Shown: positions 1 to 8,367, numbered from the stretch's first letter. The stretch is DNA of 8,709 bases from Takakia lepidozioides (GCA_030704615.1 JAKLZA010000193.1:1-8709), one strand, 5' to 3'. The notes: a model not told the origin generated them from the sequence alone. Numbers and translations are program-made.

Positions 1-70
1 GTTGCTCTGCCGCCCACAGAGCAATTTGAGGATTGTGACGGCTTGGGAGGGGCACTTTTTTTGTTCTTGC

Positions 71-530
71 TGTGACAGGCCGTTGCCCATGGCCTTGGGG
101 CTGGTGCGGGCTGTGAGGGGCTGTGACAGGCAGTGCGTGAGGCCTTTGGGGCTGTGACGGGCTGTGAGGGTTGTGACAGGCTGTGCCCATGGCCTTGGGG
201 CTGTGAGGGCTGTGAGGGGCTGTGACAGGCGTGCTGAGGCCTTTGGGGTGGCTGTGACGGGCTGTGCTGTGAGGGGCTGTGACAGGACGTGCCTGAGGCC
301 TTTGAGGCTTGTGACGGGCTGTGAGGGGCTGTGATGACAGGCCGTGCCCATGGCCTTTGGGCTGTGACGGGTGTGAGGGGCTGTGTGTGACAGGCAGCGC
401 CTGAGGCCGTTGGGGCTTCTGTGAAGGGCTTTGTTTTTGTGAGGGGCTTGTGACAGGCATTGTGCCTGAGGCCTTTGAGGCTGTGACAAGCTTTGGAGGG
501 CCTGTGACAGGCTGTGCCCAGTGGCCTGTG
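71..530. repeat. Degenerate ~50-bp tandem array (about 9 units) built from 10-bp subunits
   Basis: (TG)TGACAGG recurs at 71, 122, 172, 221, 278, ~335, 386, 449 and 503. Consensus is approximately CTGTGACAGG CTGTGCC(CAT/TGA) GGCCTTTGGG GCTGTGACGG GCTGTGAGGG. Confidence 0.93.
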
Positions 531-573
531 GACTGTGGACGTTGTTGTGAACTCAGTGAGCTGTGTGGGACTT

Positions 574-633
574 GTGCTGGTCTGTGGTGGCCCGTGTTGA
601 CTGTGGATGGCCTGTGCTGACTCGTGGAGGACA
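574..633. repeat. Three degenerate 20-bp tandem units
   Basis: GTGCTGGTCTGTGGTGGCCC (574), GTGTTGACTGTGGATGGCCT (594), GTGCTGACTCGTGGAGGACA (614). Confidence 0.65.
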
Positions 634-1017
634 TGGGGGACTAAGGACTGGCATGTGGTCTGGAGGCCGAACATTTTGAGCTCGTGGAGGGCGGTTTTGT
701 TTTGAGGAGATCTCATGATATTCCCATGGTCATGCAAGTCAGGTGTAGGCTATGTTAGGAACTTAGTATTCCAAACCATAAGCCGCAACAGGTTCTCTAC
801 CCGGTTACCTTGTGGAGAGGGGGTTAGGGACATGTTCATGACCGGTTGAGTGTCAACACGGAGGTGCCACTAGTTGCTGGGGACAGTGCCGGTTCGAGCA
901 CTAGCGATACTAGTGGGTACACGAGACGAGGTGTGCGGTTTAGGCCACTTCACCTCCTGTGTCTTCCACGGAAGGTTCTGATTCGGATTGTGAATCAGGA
1001 GGAGGGCTCATACGGCG

Positions 1018-2140
1018 GTGCAAGTTGTTTCTTTGCCATTGTTGTGGGACACAATGGAGGAGATGTATGGAGCTACCAAGGGGCCACGGGCAACCATTGA
1101 GTTGGATGATTTTATCCAAGAGTTTGATAGTTGGTGTGATTTGCAGCAAATGCGCAATCCACAACTATTTACGCCGTTCATGGCATGGAAAGGGCTGTTT
1201 CAGCACCTTGAGGGCCGCCTATGGATGATTACCATGAGTTCAGGCGGGGGCATGAGGTTGAGATCGAGGAGTGGAGGATGTACTGGTCACCCGACTATGT
1301 CTCCATCACTAGGGGCACTAGAGCCACGAGGGCAGTGGCTACACCTGCCGCTGCACCGGCAGCTTCAGCAAGCAGCAGTGGGACTGGTGGTACAGTAGCT
1401 ACGACGTCCACCCAAGCCACTACCGCACCAGCACTAGCACCCGTGCCTGCCTTCAACCCTGTTGTGGAGTTCTTCGAAGAGTTGAGAGGGAACTACCAAG
1501 GGGTGAGGACAGAGAAGTTGCGGAGCTTGCAAGAGTTCCAACGGAAGCCGACCGAGAGCTTGAGGGAGGCTTTCACTCGCATGAGGCGCTTGATAAATGT
1601 AACCCAAGGGGTTACGGAAGCTCAGGCAGTCCAATTCTGGTATGGGATATTGGACAAGGAGCTGAGGAGAAGGGTGCGGGATGCAACTCTCCTACAAGCG
1701 GCCCAACCCACCTTAGCAAATGTGTTTTTGCTGGCAGAGCGGATAGAGCTCAACATGGTGGAGGAACGAGTGGTCATGGTGGGATTTGCTAAGGAGACAC
1801 CACGGGGTAGTGGTGCTCCTAGCCAACCACTACCTCAACGTGCTCAAGGCAACAAGGGGGCTCAGGTGAAGCTCAGGGAAGGGCAGAGAGGACCTCAGAT
1901 GCAGGGGTCTCTCCCTTCATTTGCTGGCCAACAACGGGCGGATGTGGTGTGCTGGACATGTGGAGGACCCCATGTCAAGAAGGATTGCCCAGAGGGAGGC
2001 AAAGGGTCGGCACATGCACAGCCTGCACAGTTGCAGTGTGGGCATTGTGGCAAGCACGGGCATGGAGAGGCCCAGTGTTATGGTTTGCATCCTGAGTTGC
2101 GCCCAGGCCAGTTCCAAGGGAACAATGGTGGCCGGGGCGA
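1018..2140 (+). CDS. gag: Gag (capsid + nucleocapsid), reconstructed across a frameshift at ~1215; true start probably further upstream
   Basis: ORF 1018..1398 (LDDFIQEFDSWCD...LFQHLEG) joins ORF 1221..2261 (MDDYHEF...) by one added base. Major-homology-like LQEFQRKPTESLREAFTRMRRL lies at ~1527-1592, and two CCHC knuckles follow. Confidence 0.88.
1950..2078 (+). other. Two nucleocapsid zinc knuckles
   Basis: CWTCGGPHVKKDC (CX2CX3HX4C, 1950-1988) and CGHCGKHGHGEAQC (CX2CX4HX4C, 2037-2078), followed by an RGG-rich stretch after the ~2138 frameshift. Confidence 0.92.
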
Positions 2141-2179
2141 GGTGGAGCAGCCCAGAGAGGACGAGGTGGCCAGCCACGA

Positions 2180-4987
2180 GTGCAGGCCAAGGGCAAGCTC
2201 AACGTGGCCAAGGACGCGGAGGGTGTTGACCAAGGCATGGCCAACCGGCTTCAGCAGCTAGAGCAGAGGCTCGCTGCCATGGCTACAGCTCAGGTGGTAC
2301 CGGCTCTAAGGCCGGATGGTCCACCTCCTGCTCCTGAGGGAGGAGATATGGGAGGCATGGGATTCATGTGTGGAGCAGCACTACCACTAGTGCAGGTGGA
2401 GTCTGCTGCAGCCGTGACTCGAGGAGCAGCACGAGTTCCTGAGCCACGAGGTGCAGAGGTGGAGTTGGATCCACAGCGTGGGGAGGCAAGCCGTCAGGCT
2501 AGGCTTCCTCAGTCATTCACATTGGCGGAGACAGTGTCGACGCCATCCATGGCACCTAGTTCTCGCCCGACTGTTACCGAGGCGGAGGTTACTATGCCAT
2601 TGGGGAGAGCTACACGGGCAGCACCACTACCTAGTGTTGCCAAGGCTACGGCAGCTAGTGTGCTGCTAGGAGCGGCCACATCTGTGTGCCAGGCTCCATT
2701 GTTCTCGGCTACCATGATTGCGACGCCGGGGATAAGACCAGCTGAGGTGTTCAGGCTGGCAGCTACACTCTGTGAGAGTGGGGAGGTTACTTCATCTTCT
2801 GCGGAGATAGTGGGAGGTGTAGTGCCGGAGGGATCCTCGGATTTGAGGGTCAAGACTGCCACGGCGGCGCCATGGCAAGCTGCAGCTGCCAGGTTGATGG
2901 AGCTGCCAGCTAGGCCAGCCATTGAGCGCGCCATGGTGACACCTGGAGTTGTCATGTTAGACAACCAGGATGGCATTTTCTGTTTGAGTGGACCGGCAGG
3001 CAAGAGGTACCGGCCACTGCGAGTCTTGTTGGACTCGGGAGCTCAGCCACTGATGCTGGGCAGAGCTGCTATTGCAGGCTTGGGCCTCACGGAGGCGGAT
3101 ATGGAGCCTTGTCCTTTCCAGATACAGACGTCTCTGGGAGGATCGGAGCAGGCTCGGGGCATGACACGGCATGAGTTGGCTATCAGACTACGGCCGGATC
3201 ACCCTACAGATGGCTCAGTGATGCGAGCCAAGGCCATTGTGACAGACGCAGTCTCATACGATGTCCTGGTTGGTGGGGCAGTGTTGTACCCCATGGGCTT
3301 CACCCTGGATTTTTGGGAGGAGTCAGCTTCCTATAGGCCTGCATGGCAGTCAGGGGAGGGCCGGCGTGTGCAGCTCCCTGTGACGTTCATAGGAGGAGTT
3401 GCGGTTGCCCAGCGAGGCAAGATGCCGACACTAGCAGCATTCACAGCGGCAGTGAGTTGGCCTAGAGAGTTGCTTGAGGGCAATGCTCATTCAGAGGATG
3501 TACCACCTCCGGGAGAGCAGGATGACATGTATGGTATGGCGGAGTTGCCTACCATGGTTGCTCAGACTCCATTGTGGGGCACGAGCAAGGATTTGCAGCG
3601 GGATGCTGATCGACGGGTGCAACAAGCCTGGGTGGAGGCTTTTGTACCGTCAGGAGAGGAGGAGAGTGTGGGGATTGCACCAGGACCACCTCAATTGTCT
3701 CCATTGGACACCACACCTATTGTGTGGCAGTCTCCGGATGAAGGCATTTGTCTTCTGGACTTGTTTGGCGGGATCAGCACCGGATTGGCTGCTGTGTTAC
3801 AGGCAGGTGTACGAGTTCGGCGTTACCTGTATGTGGAGAGGGATGAGACTGCACGACGCGTTTCACTTCGCCATGTTGCTCAGTTGGTGCAGCGGTACCC
3901 TGAGTTGTTGTCGGTGTCTGCAATTCGTGGATATCAGCAGGCCTTGCCAGCAGACATTTCGTTGCTGGGGGCGCAGGATTTGGAGCGGGTTGGCTCCATT
4001 GATCTGGTAGTGGCAGGTTGGCCCTGCCAAGGGCATTCATCAGCCGGGCATGGCAATGGATTGCGAGACTCGAGGTCGGGTCTGTTTTGGGAGATGGTGC
4101 GGGTTTTGCGCCACTTGCAGCTTCATCAAGCTGTATCTCCAGCATACATCTTGGAGAATGTGCCACTGATGGGCGGGGCCAGGGTGATGGCCAGTGTGCA
4201 TCAAGTCCGGTCGTGGCTTGGGTCAGCAGTGTTGCTAGATGCAGCTACAGTGGGGTCACGGGCTCATCGTCCACGGCTATGGTGGACTAACATGATGCCA
4301 CCCGCACTGCTCAAGCGTGCATTTGATGGGGTGCAGCGGCCAGCACATCTCACAGTGGATAACATTCTGGACACAGGGAGGCAGTCTCAACGTGTGAGAC
4401 ACGATGACCGTTCGCCTTTGGCAGTGGTCAACAAGGTGGGTCAACCACGAGCAGCATTACCTACACTGCTCAGCTTCCCAGGATCGCATGCTTTCCGGGA
4501 TAGTGGACCTGGCCTCCTGTGGGATGCTCAGTTGCAGCAGTTAGTGGAGCCTAATGCTGACGAGCGTGAGCGGGCAATGGGTTTTACCACTGGTACCACG
4601 GCGGTGTCGTCTCTTTCTGAGGCATCACGTCGTCAAGTGTTGGGGCAAGCAATGGATCTCAATTGCTTGACCTGGATTATCAGCTTGGCTCTAGCTGAGC
4701 AACGCAGAGTGCGGAATACACTTCCCTCAATGGTCTCTCTGCCTACCGAGACGGTACAGGCAGTGAGTGGGGGCGAGCATATGAGGACCACGGGGTGCAT
4801 GCATCCATGGCACACGTGGGAGGTGCTCGAGGTTCAGAGGGAGTTGGCAGCCAAGGCGGCTGTGATGGATGAGGTTGGGGATTCTTCTCGGGTTGAGGAG
4901 GTCCTCAAGGATGAGATGATGGGGCAGGATGAGGCCTTGTCATTGACTGAGCAGGTAGGAAGTACTGCTCAAGAGGTTGCAGCATAG
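2180..4987 (+). CDS. Polyprotein segment: linker + aspartic protease + C5 DNA methyltransferase (probably continuous with Gag)
   Basis: Uninterrupted 935-aa ORF containing LLDSGA and the C5-MTase motifs. Adding one base at ~2138 fuses it to Gag as ...GGRGRGGAAQRGRGGQPRVQAKGK. Confidence 0.92.
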   Translation: MQAKGKLNVAKDAEGVDQGMANRLQQLEQRLAAMATAQVVPALRPDGPPPAPEGGDMGGMGFMCGAALPLVQVESAAAVTRGAARVPEPRGAEVELDPQRGEASRQARLPQSFTLAETVSTPSMAPSSRPTVTEAEVTMPLGRATRAAPLPSVAKATAASVLLGAATSVCQAPLFSATMIATPGIRPAEVFRLAATLCESGEVTSSSAEIVGGVVPEGSSDLRVKTATAAPWQAAAARLMELPARPAIERAMVTPGVVMLDNQDGIFCLSGPAGKRYRPLRVLLDSGAQPLMLGRAAIAGLGLTEADMEPCPFQIQTSLGGSEQARGMTRHELAIRLRPDHPTDGSVMRAKAIVTDAVSYDVLVGGAVLYPMGFTLDFWEESASYRPAWQSGEGRRVQLPVTFIGGVAVAQRGKMPTLAAFTAAVSWPRELLEGNAHSEDVPPPGEQDDMYGMAELPTMVAQTPLWGTSKDLQRDADRRVQQAWVEAFVPSGEEESVGIAPGPPQLSPLDTTPIVWQSPDEGICLLDLFGGISTGLAAVLQAGVRVRRYLYVERDETARRVSLRHVAQLVQRYPELLSVSAIRGYQQALPADISLLGAQDLERVGSIDLVVAGWPCQGHSSAGHGNGLRDSRSGLFWEMVRVLRHLQLHQAVSPAYILENVPLMGGARVMASVHQVRSWLGSAVLLDAATVGSRAHRPRLWWTNMMPPALLKRAFDGVQRPAHLTVDNILDTGRQSQRVRHDDRSPLAVVNKVGQPRAALPTLLSFPGSHAFRDSGPGLLWDAQLQQLVEPNADERERAMGFTTGTTAVSSLSEASRRQVLGQAMDLNCLTWIISLALAEQRRVRNTLPSMVSLPTETVQAVSGGEHMRTTGCMHPWHTWEVLEVQRELAAKAAVMDEVGDSSRVEEVLKDEMMGQDEALSLTEQVGSTAQEVAA
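2950..3340 (+). other. Retropepsin-type aspartic protease domain
   Basis: VLLDSGA with the catalytic Asp codon at 3032-3034, flap-like IQTSLGG, and C-terminal YDVLVG...LYPMGFTLDF (~3257-3313). Confidence 0.88.
3746..4690 (+). other. C5 cytosine DNA methyltransferase catalytic domain, DNMT3-like
   Basis: Motif I LLDLFGGISTG (3752-), II YVERD (3830-), III DI (3953-), IV DLVVAGWPCQ (catalytic Cys 4025-4027), VI ILENV (4148-4162), VIII AHRPRLWWTN (4262-4291), IX ERERAMGF (4562-4585) and X RRQVLGQAM (4628-4654), in non-permuted order. Confidence 0.96.
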
Positions 4988-4993
4988 CAACCA
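4985..4993 (+). promoter_or_regulatory. Candidate leaky stop codon (UAG-CAR-YYA readthrough signal)
   Basis: TAG CAA CCA. The frame stays open from 4988 into the RT ORF at 5147 (5147-2180 is divisible by 3, and no stop was found when reading codon by codon). Confidence 0.6.
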
Positions 4994-6119
4994 CGGGACG
5001 CGTCCTCTACCTCTAAGCCCACTGGACTTAAGGTTGTAGTTACGGAGGACAATTGGGAGCCTGACATTGGACCCATTGTCACCGGAGGAGAGAGACGACG
5101 TATACGGCGGTTCCTGAGGGCTTACAGGAATTGCTTTGCCTTCAGTTTGAAAGACTTGGGAGCACTGAAGGGTCAAGAGATCCGTATTGAGTTGGCCACT
5201 GACACGCCAATCTTTCGGAGACCCTATAGATACAGTGACATGGAGAGGTCTTTGATTCAGATGAGGACTCAAGATCTCTGGGAGGCAGGTTTGGTGGAGC
5301 TCTCTGGTGGAGAGTATGCTTCAGCCACAGTGATGCCAGCCAAGAAGGATGTCTATGGCAATTGGACGGAGAGACGTATGTGCGGTGATTACCGGCCTGT
5401 AAATCGTCAGACCAAGTCCGATAAGTATGCCATGCCAACACCAGAGGAGATCTTTGATGCCATCGGGCATGCTAAGGCCTTTAGCACTTTGGATTTACGA
5501 TCCGGATATCACCAGTTGCCAATCAAGGAGGCGGACAAGCAGAAGACGGCATTCTGGGGGATCAATGAGCACGGCAAGGATTGCCTATATCAGTGGCGGT
5601 TCTTACCATTTGGGCTTAAGAATGCTCCTGCAGAGTTTCAGAGAGTCATGGATAGGATTCTAGCAGGGTGGACTTTGCTCGGTGCTACATAGATGACATC
5701 ATCATCTTTAGTGTTACGATGGAGGAGCATGAGAGACACCTTCAGGTGGTATTGGAGCGCTTGAGAGCGCACGGATTGAAGTTGCATCCGGGGAAGTGCA
5801 AGTTTTTCCACAACCAGATTGAGTATCTGGGTCACATGATATATCCTGGAGGATTGGGGGTACAGCAGACTAAGGTAGAGGCCATTGCACAAATTCCACG
5901 CCCCACGGATGTGAGCCGAGTTCGAGCTTTCATGGGGTTGGCAAACTATTATAGACGGTTTGTCAAAGGATTTAGTACCATTGCAAAGGCTCTAACCAAG
6001 CTGACCAAGGTGGACCAGGAGTGGCAGTGGGAAGATGAGCAGGAACGAGCTTTTCAAGAGCTCAAGGCGAGGTTGACCTCGGCGCCTATCTTGAGACGAC
6101 CAATCAGGGGGCGTCCTTT
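4988..6119 (+). CDS. pol: Reverse transcriptase and connection region (frameshift at ~5667)
   Basis: PIFRRPYR, RMCGDYRPVN, FSTLDLRSGYHQ, KTAF, LPFGLKNAPAEFQR, then YIDD (5686-5697), KCKF, YLGH and FMGLANYYRRFV in ORF 5668..6198. Confidence 0.96.
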
Positions 6120-6475
6120 CAGCTGCATACGGATTGGAGCATGCTGGGGCTTGGAGCGGTGCTCACACAGGTGGATGATGAGGGAAGAGAGTTCGTAGTG
6201 GCTTACGCTAGCCGCTCGAACAACGCTGCAGAGGCTAAGTACAGCTCATATGAGGGAGAGTGCTTAGCTGCAGTGTGGGCCGTGGCACACTTCAGGTGCT
6301 ATCTATACGGCAATCTTTTCACCCTTGTCACGATCACCAGCCACTCAAGTGGTTGATGGAGTCAGACAAGCTTACGGGGAAGCTTGCACGGTGGGCACTT
6401 ATACTCCAGGAGTATGACTTTCAGGTTGTGCATCGACCGGGTTTGGTCAATCGGGATGCGGATGGATTGAGTCGC
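6120..6475 (+). CDS. pol: RNase H domain (frameshifts at ~6120 and ~6332)
   Basis: Reconstructed FQLHTDWS (Asp 6132-6134), GLGAVL, VAYASR, YSSYEGECLAAVWAV, TDHQPL, ARWALILQEYDF, ADGLSR (6458-6475). Confidence 0.93.
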
Positions 6476-6871
6476 AATCCATGCATGAGCCAGCAGGATG
6501 ACACTGGAGCTCGGTGGCATGGTGAGACGGACGAGGAGATGGTGCCGGGATGGCACGCATCTGCATTTTTGTGTATCTTGGCATCGGGAGGTCAGATTGG
6601 ACCTACAACAGGGATGACTGTAGACGGAGTGTCTGAGGACCCTGAGGCTAGTGATGAGCTAGGTGGTGCCAGAGATATACATGAGGATTCGGCTGTGTTG
6701 GACTACCTCCGCACGGGAGACACGGCAGCCATTGTGACTGCCAGGGAGAGGGATCGGATCCTGCAACGAGCCAAGAGGTTCAAGTGGGAGGGGATACACC
6801 TACTTCGAGTGTGGGAGGATGGTCGGGTGAGGATTGTGCCTCACCCCACACAGCGTGCACGGTTAGTGCGG

Positions 6872-7915
6872 CATGCCCATGAGGAGTTGGGGCATTTTGG
6901 AGTGCGACGCACTCACAGTTTACTGCAGGGGCAGTATTGGTGGCGTGGTATGCATACAGAGGTGCAACAGTTTGTGGCTAGGTGCATGGTGTGTGACAGG
7001 GTGCGTGCTTCATTCAACGCCCCTACACCACAGTTGCATCCTTTACCTATCATGGGATTGGGCTACAGGTGGAGTCTTGACTTCGCAGGACCGTTGCCAC
7101 TGACTATGCGCCACCACAGATATGTGTTGGTGATGGTGGAGCACTTCTCCAAGTGGATTGAGTTGGTTCCATTGCCTGACAAGGCTAGTGAGGGGGCTGC
7201 GTATGCATTCTTGGATCGTGTGCTTAGCCGATTTGGTGCTCCAGCTGAGGTACTCACGGACCAAGGGAGAGAGTTCTTGGGGGAGTTTCAGGCTTTGTGT
7301 GATAAAGCCTTGATAGACCACCGCACCACTTCTCGGGATCATCCTGAGGCCGATGGCTTAGCAGAGAGAGTTGTTCAGACGGTGAAGAGGGGTTTGCGCA
7401 AGTATGGCTTACAGAAGGGACACCTAGGAGATTGGGATCTTCAGGTTCCTTGGTTAGCCATGGGCTACAGGTTCAGCAAACAAGCATCACTTGCCTCCTT
7501 CTCACCATATTTCCTTCTCTTTGGCCGAGAGCCGGATTTGCCTGCAGCCATTCGTAGGGACACTGCTCAAGTCCTTAACCTTGACGATCCGGACATGTGG
7601 GTACGTGCATGTGATCAGCGTGCAGAGTTGTTCAAGAAAGTCATGCCCATGGCTTTTGAGAACCTTGCCATTGCACAGCACCGTGATACGTTGAGGTATG
7701 CCACTATACGTGGTGGAGGATATCGTCCTGGGGTTCGGAGGTTTAGCCCTGGTGACTATGTTTATTTGCAGCAGACTGCTCCTACGACTCTGGATGTTAC
7801 TGCAGGGCGTGTTATTCTGAGGGTTCGAGAGGTGTTGCCCTCAGGGGTCCTGATCTTAGAGGGTCGGGATGGCATGACTTGGAAAGACCATGTGCGTAAT
7901 TGTGCGCCATGTCAC
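6872..7915 (+). CDS. pol: Integrase (HHCC zinc finger, DDE core, SH3-like C-terminal region)
   Basis: HEELGH...CMVC (6878-6994), WSLDFAGP (Asp 7079), LTDQG (Asp 7259), GLAERV (Glu 7364) and SPYFLLFGREP, all within ORF 6260..7972. Confidence 0.96.
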
Positions 7916-7974
7916 CTTCCCAATGTCGATGGCAGAGTTGACCCAAACTTGGCAGTGGTACTGCAGGTTTGAGG

Positions 7975-8118
7975 TGCATGCTCTGTGGGTCTGCCAAAGG
8001 GGCAGCCACCATGCTGGTGTGTGATCGGTGCTCAAGGGGTTGGCATATGGGATGCTTGACACCACCCCTTGAGAAGGTTCCTGACGGAGATTGGTTGTGT
8101 CCACACTACTTGGGATAG
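7975..8118 (+). CDS. PHD finger at the polyprotein C-terminus (reached via a frameshift at ~7961; absent from the ORF track)
   Basis: Manual translation: CMLCGSAKGAATMLVCDRCSRGWHMGCLTPPLEKVPDGDWLCPHYLG*. This is a C4HC3 pattern with the typical PPLxxVPxGDWxC segment; the last Cys reads TAC (Tyr). Confidence 0.92.
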   Translation, partial: CMLCGSAKGAATMLVCDRCSRGWHMGCLTPPLEKVPDGDWLCPHYLG

Positions 8119-8367
8119 TGGCAGTGGACATGACTGGAGGCAGCTAACAAGACATGGGAGGCCAAGCTCATAGGAGTCAATACATGAGATCCCAAGCTCA
8201 AGTTCACAGGTTGCAAGACGGCAACTAACGATGGGGCAACTCTTGCACCCGGCCTCTTGATCTATCGAGTTTGAGTGTAGTAGGGATAGTGGTGGAGGAC
8301 TTGGTGAGGCTATGGTCACTATCACATCTTGTGGCTACCTGGACTTAGAGGGACCTAAGCACCAGCT

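Noticed and set aside
71-530. CRISPR array or repetitive coding sequence
   Set aside because: Units are head-to-tail with no unique spacers, there are no cas genes, the context is eukaryotic, and a 50-bp period does not preserve frame.
1-790. 5' LTR bounded by (T)GTTGC at the window start and GCAACA at 785-790
   Set aside because: The inverted match is only 5-6 bp, no TGG-type primer-binding site follows, no second copy exists at the 3' end, and 785-790 may lie inside the extended gag frame.
2115-2180. Programmed -1 ribosomal frameshift between gag and protease
   Set aside because: No canonical X XXY YYZ heptamer is present (GGGAAC is one base short), and the break looks like the other single-base losses. 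Not fully excluded without other copies.
2509-3003. 164-aa minus-strand ORF and the other short antisense or alternate-frame ORFs
   Set aside because: They overlap the polyprotein, show no recognisable motifs, and are expected shadows of GC-rich coding sequence.
3746-4690. Bacterial restriction-modification methylase or a host DNMT3/DRM gene
   Set aside because: The domain is intronless and in frame within the retroelement polyprotein, with no nuclease partner, no PWWP/ADD/UBA domains and no DRM-type permutation.
8119-8367. Chromodomain or env-like extra ORF after pol
   Set aside because: There is no sizeable + strand ORF or chromodomain motif. The minus-strand 97-aa ORF overlaps the PHD and has no recognisable features.
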